Origin: Ptychomitrium polyphyllum
Lineage: Eukaryota
Length of the DNA: 64,000 nucleotides
Direction of reading: 5' to 3'
NCBI GenBank assembly: GCA_973851085.1
Contig: OZ316775.1
Coordinates: 1,922,001-1,986,000 of the forward strand
Part shown: in pieces, positions 53,240-64,000 of the stretch
Numbering within the stretch: position 1 is the stretch's first letter
How the letters are laid out: each line of letters starts with the position of its first letter
Translations under genes and position numbers: made by a program
The notes under the pieces: generated by a model
Databases searched by the model: none
Seen by the model: the letters and a program-made list of their open reading frames with translations, nothing else
What the model was told of the DNA's origin: nothing

Positions 53240-53894
53240 TCCCCTCCCCATTTAACGACGAGTTCCATGAGGAGCTCTTTTCTTGGCTTGCTTGTTACAT
53301 TTCTACAAATTCCAAAATTGGTCGAAGGAGTGAAGCAACATATTTTGCTTGTTGATATTTGTCCATTGGTTCAACTGGTCCTTACAAAAAACGCCGATGA
53401 TTACCAGCCAAGACTTTTGTTGTTGAAATGTCCCATTCCAAGATCTAATCTTGATTAAGTCCTTCAAAACATCCTCCAAACAAGATCTCGGGTCCTTAAG
53501 AAGTGGCTCTTCCAATTTCTAACAAGATGATTAGAGCACGAGCATCTGAATTAAAATTGGAATGTGAAGAGCGGCTAGTCAATACTTCTGCACAAGGTCG
53601 TACTTGACGTTGGAATGTCCCTCCCATATCTTAATTTAGATCCTCCGTTATTGAAAGCTAAAAAAGTTGAATTGGCTCAACAGATGCTGTTGTTGATGAA
53701 GGCATGGCCAATTGCTCTTCACGCATATCCATCATAATACGAAGTTTTGACATGCTAGCTAAGGTCTACAAATGATCTATCTTGGAAATAATGCTATATA
53801 CAATTAGAGGTTTTGGATATATTTTTTTTTTCCTTGTACTCGTCTACAAAGGAAAAACTATTCTGTGAAGCTAATGGCTATTGATGACACATCA

Positions 53895-56800
53895 TCACTG
53901 ACCTGGTTTCTGAGGATATCTTTGATGAAATTCGCATACCTTTTTGGATGCATTTGTTACATTTATTGAAGGTTCCCATATTTGGTCATTAATGTCATAT
54001 CCTTGCCAATGTATAAAATAATCCACACATCTGTTTTTGATGCGTGAATCTAAGATCTCTTCCACTTCATATTCAATTTCATTATTGATTTCCAGCGGAG
54101 GAGGTGGAGAGATAATTCTCTTTGGTATACATTATTTGTTATAGGTTCCCAACAATAATATGTGGAATACTGGATGAATTTGCATGCTTGGTGGAAGCTT
54201 TAGGCGATAAATAACCGGATTTATCTGTTTGCTGATTTCAAACGGTCTCAACTTTTGATAGACCAACTTCTTTGATGGTCATTTTGTTTGTATATTTTGT
54301 CATAGGAGCCATATGCTATCTCCAACCTTGAACTTTGGATGGTCCTTCTAATGGCGATCTACATAAGTTTTGTAACGATGTTGAGCTTGTTGTAACAAGA
54401 AGGTAATTTCTTGATGGATTTTAGCAAGTTGAATTGTAAAATCCTTTCTTGCAGGACTTCCAACATACTTCACTTCAAATGGATTTGCTCGAGGAAGATG
54501 GCCATAGTTTGCAAAGAATGGACTTTGAGTTGTTGAAGAATGCACCGTATTGTTGTAAGCAAATTCTGCCAAAGGCAAGAAGTCCATCCAATTGTCTTGC
54601 TGGTAGTTTACACTACAATAAGAGTACTGTTCCAAAATTTGATTCTCATGTTCGGTGTGGCCATCAGTTTGCGGATGGTGTACTGAAGAAAGGTTGATCT
54701 TTACACGCAACAGCTGAAATAGAGCCCTCCAAAAGTTGGAAATGAACTGCGGCCCTCAATCGGATACAATATCATCTGGTAGTCCATGTATGCGGTAGAC
54801 GTGATTGAGGAACAACTTGGCAGTTTCTTCTCTCGTTACCGTATTATTGCATGGAATGAAATGTGCCATTTTGACAAATCAATCCACTACTACCAAAATA
54901 GAATCCTTAGAATCGAAGTTTGGAAGGTTTGTGATAAACTCCATTGACAAAGACAACCATGGGCCCTTTAGCACTGGAAGCGGATGGAGGAGACCATGAG
55001 GTTGGTGTCTTGGTATCTTGGTTCTTGCACAAGTGTCGCATGATCGAACAAAGTCCTTCACGTACTTCCACATTTGTGGCCACTAATAGTATGTAGCAAT
55101 CAATTCCATTGTTTTATTGAATTCAAAATGTCTTGCTGTTGGAAAATCATGACGTGCTTGAAAGATCTTCAACCGCAAAGGGCCTAGAGGTATGTATAAA
55201 AGTCATTTATAATAAAATAGGCCCTCTTGGAATTCAAAGTCTTCATCGCTATATGAAGGATCTCTATTGTGTTTGAGGCGCTTCTTTATATTTGAAACAA
55301 AGACATCATTCTTCAAAGCCTTTCGAATTTTGTCAAGATGGGATGTTGTTGTAATAATTGCTGCTTTCAATTGAAGATTCTCTGGCTTCAATAAAATAGT
55401 CCTTTATTGATTCAAAACATCATCTTCACGTTGAGGAGCTAAATAAGATCTTTGAAATAAGGCATCTGACTTACCTTGTAAGCTACCAGGTCGATAGGTA
55501 ATGACAAAGTCAAATCTTAAAAGCGACATACTCCACCTTGCTTGACGGCAATTCAAAACACGCGCACTTATGAAATATTCCAAGTTCTTGTGGTCTGTGT
55601 GTACCGTGATTGTATGTTGAGTTCCTTCCAAAAAGTGTTGCCATTCCTCAAATGCATCCACAATTGCAAGTAGTTCTTTATTATGTATATTATAGTTGAT
55701 TCCTGCCGCTGAAAACTTCCTTGAACGAAAGGGAAGAGGGTGAAGTCTCCCGTCTTCATCATATTATGAAAGTACTGAGCCAAGCACAAAATCTAAGGCA
55801 TCCGCTTCCAAATAGAAAGACTTTGATGGATTTGGATGAATAAGAATTGGAGCCGACATGAATGACTTTTTAAGACTTTGAAATGCTTTTTTTGCCTCTT
55901 CATCCCAAATGAATTTTTGCTTCCCTATAAGACGTGTTAATAATGTCGCAATCTTGGAATAATTCTTGATGAATATCTTATAGAAGTTTGCAAATTCCAA
56001 GAAGCATTGAACATCTTGAATTGATCTTGGCGTACTCCATTCCATGACAGTGCTTATTTTCTTCTTATCTATATGGGTTCCTCCTTTGAAAATGATGTAG
56101 TCTAAAAATTCAACCGAGTATTCATGGAAAAGGCACTTCTCCAATTTGGCATATAATCTTGGTTGGCGTAGTTTTTCTAAGACCAGTCACACATGACATT
56201 CATGGTCTTGTTAATCCTTTGAATTTATCAAAATATCATCCAAGAACATGATTACAAAATCGTCCAAATGTTCATGGAAGATATCATTCATCATGTTTTA
56301 GAAGACTGCAAAAGCATCAGTAAGGCCAAAAGGCATGATATTGTATTCAAAATGACCATATCTAGATTGAAAAGCTGTCTTCCATTTGTTTTCTTCTTTG
56401 ATGCGTACAAGATTATAAGCGCTTCTAAGATCAATTTTGATGAATATCTTTGCTTGACTAAGTTGTTGTAGGAGTCCTGAGATTAATGGTAATGGATAGC
56501 AATTCTTTTTTGTTACTTTACTGAGGCCTTGATAGTCTACGCACATACGTAATGATCCATTTTTTTTCTTTACAAATAGAATGGATGCTCCAGCCAATGA
56601 TTTAGAGTGTTGAATGAAACCCTTTCCAAGGTTTTCATCAATATGTTCTCTCAAGGCAGTCAACTCGGTTTGTGATAAGTTATAAATAGGTCCAAAAGGT
56701 GGTTGGACTCCTTCTTGCAACTCAATGGTACAATCGTAAGGCAGGTGCTTTAGTAACATGTCCGCATTTTTCTTTTAAAAAATGTCTTTATAATCTTGAT

Positions 56801-58398
56801 ATTGAGGAGGTATGTTTTTATTAGACTTTATTATAGAGCTAGACATTGATATGGCATAAATGGCATAGATTGGTTCATTTTTTGTCGCTCTCATGAATGC
56901 CTTAGCTCCAATAAATGATGGTTTAAGATTTCTCGTACCTTGACGTCTTTTCCTTGAGACCACACTTAGTGAGCGCCAATCAATGTCTAGATTATGTAAT
57001 TCAAACCAAGGAAGACCCAAAATAATAGGATTTGTTTGGCATTGAATGATGTTGAAGACAATCTTAGATGCCTTGTCACTTAAAACAACCCTCCAATGGT
57101 TGAGTTTCTTCAATAACGTTGCTACATGCAAGAAATCGTCCATCAATAACTTCAACAGGTGCGGGGTATTTTTTGTTCACAAGCACTATGTAATGTTTGG
57201 TTGCAAAATCCTTGTCCATGAAACATGCTGTTGTAGAAGTGTCTAAAAGAGCCTCATTAATAATTTCATCATCCAACAATTTAATTTTGATAGGAAATGT
57301 AAACAAGATGTAGGGCTTGAAGATAGTAAGAGACCTTGATTTGATGGTCGTTTTTTTGTGGTGTCTAGTCGCATGGTCCCTACTATGACTGGATTGCCTC
57401 GTTTTCCAACTCTACTATTGTGCTTTGAGCCTTAAGGACAGATCCTTTGATTTAGCAATCGTGCATTTTATGTGTAGACTTGTCACAACACAAATATAAG
57501 TTTCCTCTTCGACACTTTTTTTTTCCTTTTAGAGTCAAACGTTTAAATTGGGCAGCATCAATTTGCATAGGTTTTGGTCCTTGTGGTTGGCTTTCCGATA
57601 CTCTTGAAGAAGTGGTAGACATGCTTTGATGTACCGGTTGCCATCCCAAGCATTGTTCTTGAGGCCTCTTAAATAATCTATTGTCACATGCTATTGCTTG
57701 AGTGATGAATTTGTCCAATGTTTCAACTCTTGGCATTGTGATTAGCAAGTCCTTTATATTCTCTCTTAAGCCCCATTAGAATTGTGTGACCAAGGCCTTA
57801 TCATTCCAATCAAGGTCACAAACTAGTTGTCAAAACTTTGCAACATATACAGCAATTGAGCGTTACTCTTGTTGTAGACTTTAGATCCTTGTCTCAGCCA
57901 CCCACTTTTAGTCAGATTTTCCAAAAATAGAAGTCAATGCTTCTATAAAAGCATTTAAATTGTTCAATAATGGTGACTGCTTCTCTTTTAATGATGCAAA
58001 CCACAATAAGGCATTATTTGATAAAAGAGTGGCTACAAATCCCACTTGAGTTGTGCCATCAGGATAGCGAGATTGATGCAAAGGAAGAAAGACCCTTAAT
58101 TGTTGGATAAATGTTCTTAATTTTGATCTTGATCCATCGAACTTGTCTGGCATGCTAATCTTTGGCTCTGCATGGATTTGACGTAAGCCTTCCCTTTCAA
58201 TATTGGCATCTTACAATCAAATAACCTCTTGATATAGACTTTGAATATCACCATTGGATTCTTCAACTTGTCGAGTGTGTTACTCTAAATTTTTGGTGGT
58301 GTTGATGCAAGTAAGTTTAGTTTGAACTGTGTTAATAACTCTTGAAGGTCTGCAATAGTTGCAAACCTATTCACTAATGTTCTAGGCACGTTGTCCAT
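53895..58398 (-). pseudogene. gag-pol pseudogene of the minus-strand Gypsy element
   Basis: Probable gag ATG at 58398 (MDNVPRTLV...). Fragments include [62 protein letters not shown] and a chromodomain. Many stops. Confidence 0.93.
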
Positions 58399-58620
58399 TT
58401 CTTAAGATTATCAGAGACAAGAAGACTATGAGTACCTTCAAAGGAAGGCAATCCACGTCCTTTGAAAGAAGTAATACTTGATTCTAGAAGGAGAAACCAA
58501 CTCTATGGTACCAACTTAAAGGAGGGTAATCCGCAATCTCTAAGATTCTATGGAATTTTAAAGAAGATGGATAATCCACAATCTTCTTCAAAGAACCTTA
58601 GCTTTGATAAAGATGAAGAG

Positions 58621-58634
58621 TAATCTTGCGAAAC
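58621..58634 (-). promoter_or_regulatory. Primer-binding site, probably self-priming type (GTTTCGCAAGATTA)
   Basis: Immediately 3' of the 5' LTR and lacks the TGG of a tRNA-type PBS. It is complementary to TAGTCTTG(C/T), which lies 30 nt downstream of the LTR TATA box. Confidence 0.65.
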
Positions 58635-59074
58635 TGTTAGGGACATTAGAAACAAAAACAAAGTGTTTTCCAAGAATTAGCTTCCAAAGAGCTAATAATT
58701 AACAAGAACTTGATACAAAGAGTAGAACAAGGCATGATTCAAGATGATCCACAACTTGTATTGACAAGACTAAAGAATACCTTGTCTTGCCTCTTATTTA
58801 TACTATGACGTTTGTATCTCCTAGGATTCTTCTAAAGAAGCTTCCTATAAGGCTTAAGAATGTTGTGGAAGTCCAGAGAACCTTCCTACTAAATTTCCTA
58901 AGATGATGGAATCTTTCTTAGAAGTTTTTAAAGGTAGAGGAACTTTTATAGAAAGCTTCCTAAGAACATGGAAAGGCTATGCAGACATTTAAAAGTATTC
59001 TAAAAAACTATTATAGTATTTTAGAAGTTCTAAAATGTTCTAAGGACTATGTTGCATGATCTATGTCCGTGACA
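58635..59074 (-). repeat. 5' LTR (440 bp)
   Basis: TGTCACGGAC...GTCCCTAACA on the minus strand, upstream of gag. Confidence 0.95.
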
Positions 59075-60039
59075 GAAAGTTGTTAAGCTAATGGAACTTG
59101 GGTAATAAAGTATATAGTTGTATATAATGTCATTTTCAGATAAATCAAGAAAAATTGTATCCACTTTAAAATTAGGTAAAAAATGACTCTATTTAATTAG
59201 AAGCTAGCTTTGAAAAGATTACAGTTAATTATACAAATTCATTCACACATTAACAAGTGCTTGTAATACTTCAAAAAAATTATGCCATAGTGTATAATAA
59301 TTTAGGTAAAGAGTAAAAAGTAAAAAATTATATTCAATGATTTAAATAACTTTTATACAAAAATTATGTGTATATTAGTATAAATGAGAATATCATCTTT
59401 TTATATTAATAAAAATAAATATCATAATAATTTATCTATCATATTTTTCAAATATATGTACAAAAAAAATCTACTCTATAAGATGTAATCATATAAAGCA
59501 GTTTAATACATTCTAAAAAAAATCAGTAATCATAAAAATTAAAAAAAAATTAAAAAAAAACTTTAGATTGAACAACATATGTAAAATTAACAAACTTACA
59601 TATAGTAATAAAGAAGATCCAATTTCTATAACAGACCAAAGGCCTCTTTACACTTCTTTTTACAAAAAAAAATAAAAATAAAAATATCCACTTCAGACCA
59701 TTGATATTTTAGACAAAAGACTTCATATAAATAAAAATAAAAAGGTATTAAAATAACAAAACTTCTCTTGTAAACAAATTCTTAGATTGCCATTTCAAAA
59801 ACACTTCCAAAACAAACAACAAAAAAGACCATTTTGTATTAGGTGTTGCTATATATGCATCCAACTCATTTCCATATTCTCATCCATCTCCACATCACTT
59901 CTTCCATGGATGACAATAACAAGATGCAAAGCCTCAAAAAAGCTCATCCGTTTGTATCATTAGAATTTTCTAAATATGGAAAAACCTCTACATATGGCAG
60001 AAACCTCTCTAAAATTCCGTCTCTCACCTCACCTCATCT

Positions 60040-60544
60040 CTAGTGCGAGATGGGGGAGGCGAAGTAAGAGCAAGAGATCCCAAAACGAAACCGCGACGCG
60101 CAGGGAACGAGAAGCGCCGTCCAAAAGGGCTGCCACGAAGGACGGTGGCGCCCATGGCCGCGGGAAGGGGGCCACATGGGCGTGGAAGCCCTACGCGGGC
60201 GCCGGGGCAGCGGAGCGGAGGAGTGGAGGAGCCACAGCGCTGCCTTGCGCTCGCACATCACCGACGCAGCGACGCCCGCAGCCACGGAGCGCGGCATTTA
60301 TCCATCGCAGCGCCACGATGGCTCGCCGCTGGTGCTGTCCCGAGTGGAAGCTGCGCCTGCGCTGGCGATAGCCAAAGCTCAGTGTCAATCGCAATCTCAA
60401 TCTTAATCGCGGGGGGGGGTGCGTTCCGGTAGCTCGGGGGCGTCGGGGGCCCGCGGTGCGCCATGGGCGTGGATTGTGGTGCGTGAGGATCGGCCACGAG
60501 TGCAATTGCGTCCGCTGCGTGCGCGTGCGGTGGCGCTAGCCGCG
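60040..60544 (+). promoter_or_regulatory. GC/CpG-rich promoter and 5' leader of the Codanin-1-like gene
   Basis: Abrupt switch from AT-rich to CpG-rich sequence directly upstream of the ATG at 60545. Confidence 0.6.
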
Positions 60545-63500
60545 ATGGCGCTCCAGGAGGATCACGACGCCCACGTGCTGCACTTGCTCCAGGAGGATCG
60601 CGTCCCGCTCGAGGATTTGCTGCACTGGCTGCACGCGCACCATGGCCCCGGTCCGCCGTCCTTCGCTCAGGTGTGTGTCTCCCCGCATTGGTATGGGGTC
60701 TGGTTGGTCATGGTGTTGCGGTTGGTGCGAGAACAGCTCTGGCGTGAGATCGCTCGTCGTCTAGGGCTAGATTCTTGGTTTTCCGATTCCTCGTGTTATT
60801 TTTTGTGGAAGTTTTTTCCCTTAGTTTGTTTTTGGACTCGGGAAACCACTCCAGCAGCTCGAAATCTCGAATGCGCGATGAAGTTTTGGAATCGAGCGTT
60901 ATTGGAGTTTTTGGAGCTTTTGGAGTTTTAGGATTTTTTGGAGTTTTGGTACGGCTCTGTTTTCTGAGCAGCTGATTTCGATCCGACACAGCGTTTCGTT
61001 GATCTCTATCAATTGTTTTGGTTGACAGTTTCTTTGGATCGCATGATTGATGAGTTTTTCGAGACGTTGTGCAATACAGGTTGATGTGAGAATGTAGTTG
61101 GATTGCAATTCACAGAGCTGCAGTGTTTCGGTGGCTTATCACTAAACTGAATTGCCCGTGTGATTTCCTAGGATGACAATGTAGCAAGATTAGTGAGGAT
61201 TTCACAGTGGATATAGGATGGAAACTGTTGTCATTCCAATGGTCTGATAGGGACCTGCGTCCTGATTTCCTCCTCAGCTCATGAACATCCTTTCTTCCCC
61301 AAAATGTTCTAGGAAGAACTCTTTTGTCTTTTAAAAGCTTGTCGTTGACCTCTTTACTCGACATTTCTGTTCTCAAAATTCATTTTAAAAAAAAGGCATC
61401 CTCATGTCAATTGAATTCGAAAGGTTATGTGACACCTCCATTGTTTTGGCCATGTACTAGCTGATGAGGAACACTAACATCCTTCGATGTTGCAGACTCA
61501 AGTATTACCGTCCGGCGATTCTACGATTCATCAGCAGTGGAGGGATCAATTAGGAATGACCACTCCCCAGTCTTTTGCTGTAACCTTTTTGAATTATGTC
61601 AGAGCTGAAGTGCAACCTCTTTTAGACTCTATTGCGGACGTGGTTGTAAAACCTTCTCTCCAACTCACGGAACCTGTTCAATCCAAGGAACTGGAAACGA
61701 ATTCTGCCTTGTATGTTGCTTTGGAGGCTCCGAAGGTTGCAATTGAGAATGTTTCAACTTTTAATGGGAATAAGGGAGGGAAGGATAGACGGAAGTCTAC
61801 AGGCACAATACTACAAGCCATTCAAGAGCTAAAGCGTTTGCAGTTGCCAGTCTATGATGACGATTTTCCTGCTCTTGGGAATGCTTCAAACTCGAATGTG
61901 AAGAAAACCGTCACTCAATCAAAGCAGGTTATTTTCTTTACGTATATAATTCAGATGTTACTGTACATTTCTGTGTCAGTAGACACTCCAAAAACGTTGC
62001 ACATCAGTCTAATTTTCCTTCGATAAATCTGTTTGATGTTCATTTGTTTAATTTCGTTTACGAATGGTTTTCAAATTTTTGAGTTTACTATTCGATACTG
62101 CGTTGAGGAATGATAATTTCCCTCTTTTTGTCATCTTACGTTTCCCAGAAAAGGAGAGTCACTCCTACTCCAATGGTGAATCCTGTCGTGGACAGCGCAT
62201 TCATTTTGGCAAAGGTGGAGGCACCAACTACTAAGCAAAATCATGTCAACAAATCCAAATTACCTGGTGCAGGACCAGTGAAGGTGGATATGGACATCCT
62301 CATGCAAAGGTGTGAGATAACTCGAAAACAAAAACAGAAAGAAAAACCAGAGCCCTCAAAGAAGGAAAATATGAAAAACTGGAGTTGGGAGAAGTTTGAT
62401 TCACGGCTAGCAACAAGTTCTAGACAGGGTCCGCCTTCGAATATCGCAGCTGCAGCCTCTCAGATTGAAGGAAAATTCGCGGGTGGCTCTGATGATGTCC
62501 ACGCTGAAGGCAGTGCCTTTCCTCCTATCACTCAAATCGTACGCATTACATTTCTGCCTATTCTTCCCGCATTTAGGCAGCAGCAGATTAATAGCGGGCC
62601 ACAATATGTGAATGGACTTGATGGTTCGAGTCTGTGCCGGTCATACGGTCAGGATTTTATCTTTTCAGTGTTGTTGTTTGTGTGGGTTGACTTGAAGTTG
62701 TCTAAATTCATCTAGTTATTATTCTTCATTTAAATATTTTTGAACCTGTATTTCTACGCCATTCATAAGTAGGATATGGTACGAAGCTCATTATTGGATG
62801 CAGCTACTCTGTAGAAACCCTTGGTTTTTGTAACGTTGAATCGCGTCTTTAGTTTTTCCCTCGAAGAACGAGTCCGTGGGATCTTGAATTTAGTTTCTGT
62901 GCTAGGTTAGTTCATCGTTTGCTCATCAACTTGTTGTAGGTTCCAAGACCCACAAGTACGAAGCCTGTCTTGGCTGATACTGCAAATCCTACAACTGCGG
63001 AAAAGGAACTGGAGTTTGCAGATTCCAGGAGCTCCATTACAGAATCCTTGCCCTTGAATTGTCTGTCCGACACACTGACCAACCTTGCCTCAGTGCATGC
63101 AACTCTCATGGTTGTCAAATTGGTTCCTTCCTTGTTAGAAGAGCTCCATTTTCTGTTGCAACTTTTGAGCCTGGAGCCTGCATTTTCTGTAGCAAGCCCT
63201 GGTGGTTCGAAGGGTGCTCTAAACTCAATAGCTGAGTTTAAACAGGAAAGAAAACCTCTTTTTGCAAATGGTGATGAATGCGCTGGCTATGCAATATTAG
63301 TACTGGAACAAGCAGGCCGTATATTGGATTGTGGTAAGAGTCGTGTGGCACCATGGATACATGCATATGTATTGCTTATTATAGTCAGCATACACGTATA
63401 TATTGAGTAGAAAGAGACTAGAAGACGTACATCACTAACATGACATCTTACTTGGTAGTATCCCTTTTTGTATCATATGTGCAGTAGGTGAACAGATCCT

Positions 63501-64000
63501 AGTCGCGCTGATTGAAGAACCTGCCATGGCCCGGCATTCTGCAACTCTTCTGGTGCGGTTGAAAGCATCCCTTGCAGATCAGCAAGCTGCAGCACTTAGA
63601 AGTTTTAAGGCATATGAGACTGCTAGTCGCACCAATGGTGTGATTGAGCAATCACCTACCGCGGGTACAGTGAGGCTAACACCTGGCCTCCCTGTATCTC
63701 TTCCTTTTCAAGCAGCTCGGGATTCCCGTAACATTTTCAAAACACAGGTGTGCTGCCTATTGGATTCTTAAACAATCCATTTGAGTTGTTTTACTTGTAA
63801 GACTCTCTGTTCCCTGTCTTGTTCTGCACCTTCAAAAGTTAGCCTCATGAGTAGCAAGATCTCTCTATTCTTTGAAAATGTTACTGAAATAGTTGCTTAC
63901 TTCTTGCAGGAAGAACAAAGAGCTTACAATAACAGAGAACAATGCCGTGATCAATTTTATGCAATCATAAGGGAGGCTGCCTCTGTTTACAGTGCATTTG
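60545..64000 (+). CDS. CDAN1: Codanin-1 (CDAN1/Discs lost)-like protein, 5' part. Exons: 60545-60670, 61496-61927, 62149-62538, 62940-63333, 63485(or 63488)-63747, 63910->64000
   Basis: Phase-consistent GT-AG exons. Motifs occur in Codanin-1 order: FAVTFLNYVRAE, DDFPALG, KRRVTPTP, LASVHATLMVVKLVPSLLEELHFLLQLL, LFANGDECAGYAILVLEQ, PFQAARDSRNIF...YNNREQCRDQFYAIIRE. Identified from recalled human CDAN1 motifs, not from a database search. Confidence 0.8.

Larger units (their letters stand above)
52627..59074 (-). mobile_element. Full-length decayed Ty3/Gypsy chromovirus LTR retrotransposon (Tcn1/Tf1-sushi-like)
   Basis: Two LTRs (TG...CA) and a perfect 5-bp TSD GAAAG at 52622-52626 and 59075-59079. 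The PPT GGGGAGGGGA is at 53240-53249 (-). Gag-PR-RT-RH-IN-chromodomain remnants are present. Confidence 0.97.

Noticed and set aside
59976..60505. Stacked ORFs on both strands
   Set aside because: Expected from stop-poor GC-rich promoter/5' UTR of the Codanin-like gene.

Overview
AT-rich eukaryotic, plant-type nuclear DNA with GT-AG introns. The Tcn1-like chromoviral Gypsy elements and intron style suggest a moss such as Physcomitrium patens; this is inference and was not tested. There are two clear protein-coding genes on +. One is a complete 7-exon GARP/G2-like (SHAQKYF-class MYB) transcription factor at 34519-38748 (553 aa) with a C-terminal EAR-like motif. The other is the 5' six exons of a Codanin-1 (CDAN1/Discs-lost)-like gene from 60545 to the window end. 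Two decayed copies of one chromodomain Ty3/Gypsy family lie in inverted orientation on either side of the TF: 15365-20781 (+, 5'-truncated) and 52627-59074 (-, full length, GAAAG target-site duplication). A solo LTR of the same family is at 51599-52015. The rest is mostly degenerate AT-rich repeat DNA with a few GC-richer islands. Main points of interest: a plant Codanin-1 homologue with an ASF1-binding B-domain-like motif; Tf1-type self-priming and a -1 frameshift signal in the retroelement; lesions and a 78-bp identical LTR block shared by the two inverted copies; a miR529/156-type site and an in-frame uORF upstream of the TF; and a candidate unannotated spliced minus-strand gene at about 46.6-49.5 kb. 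No prokaryotic-type systems were seen.
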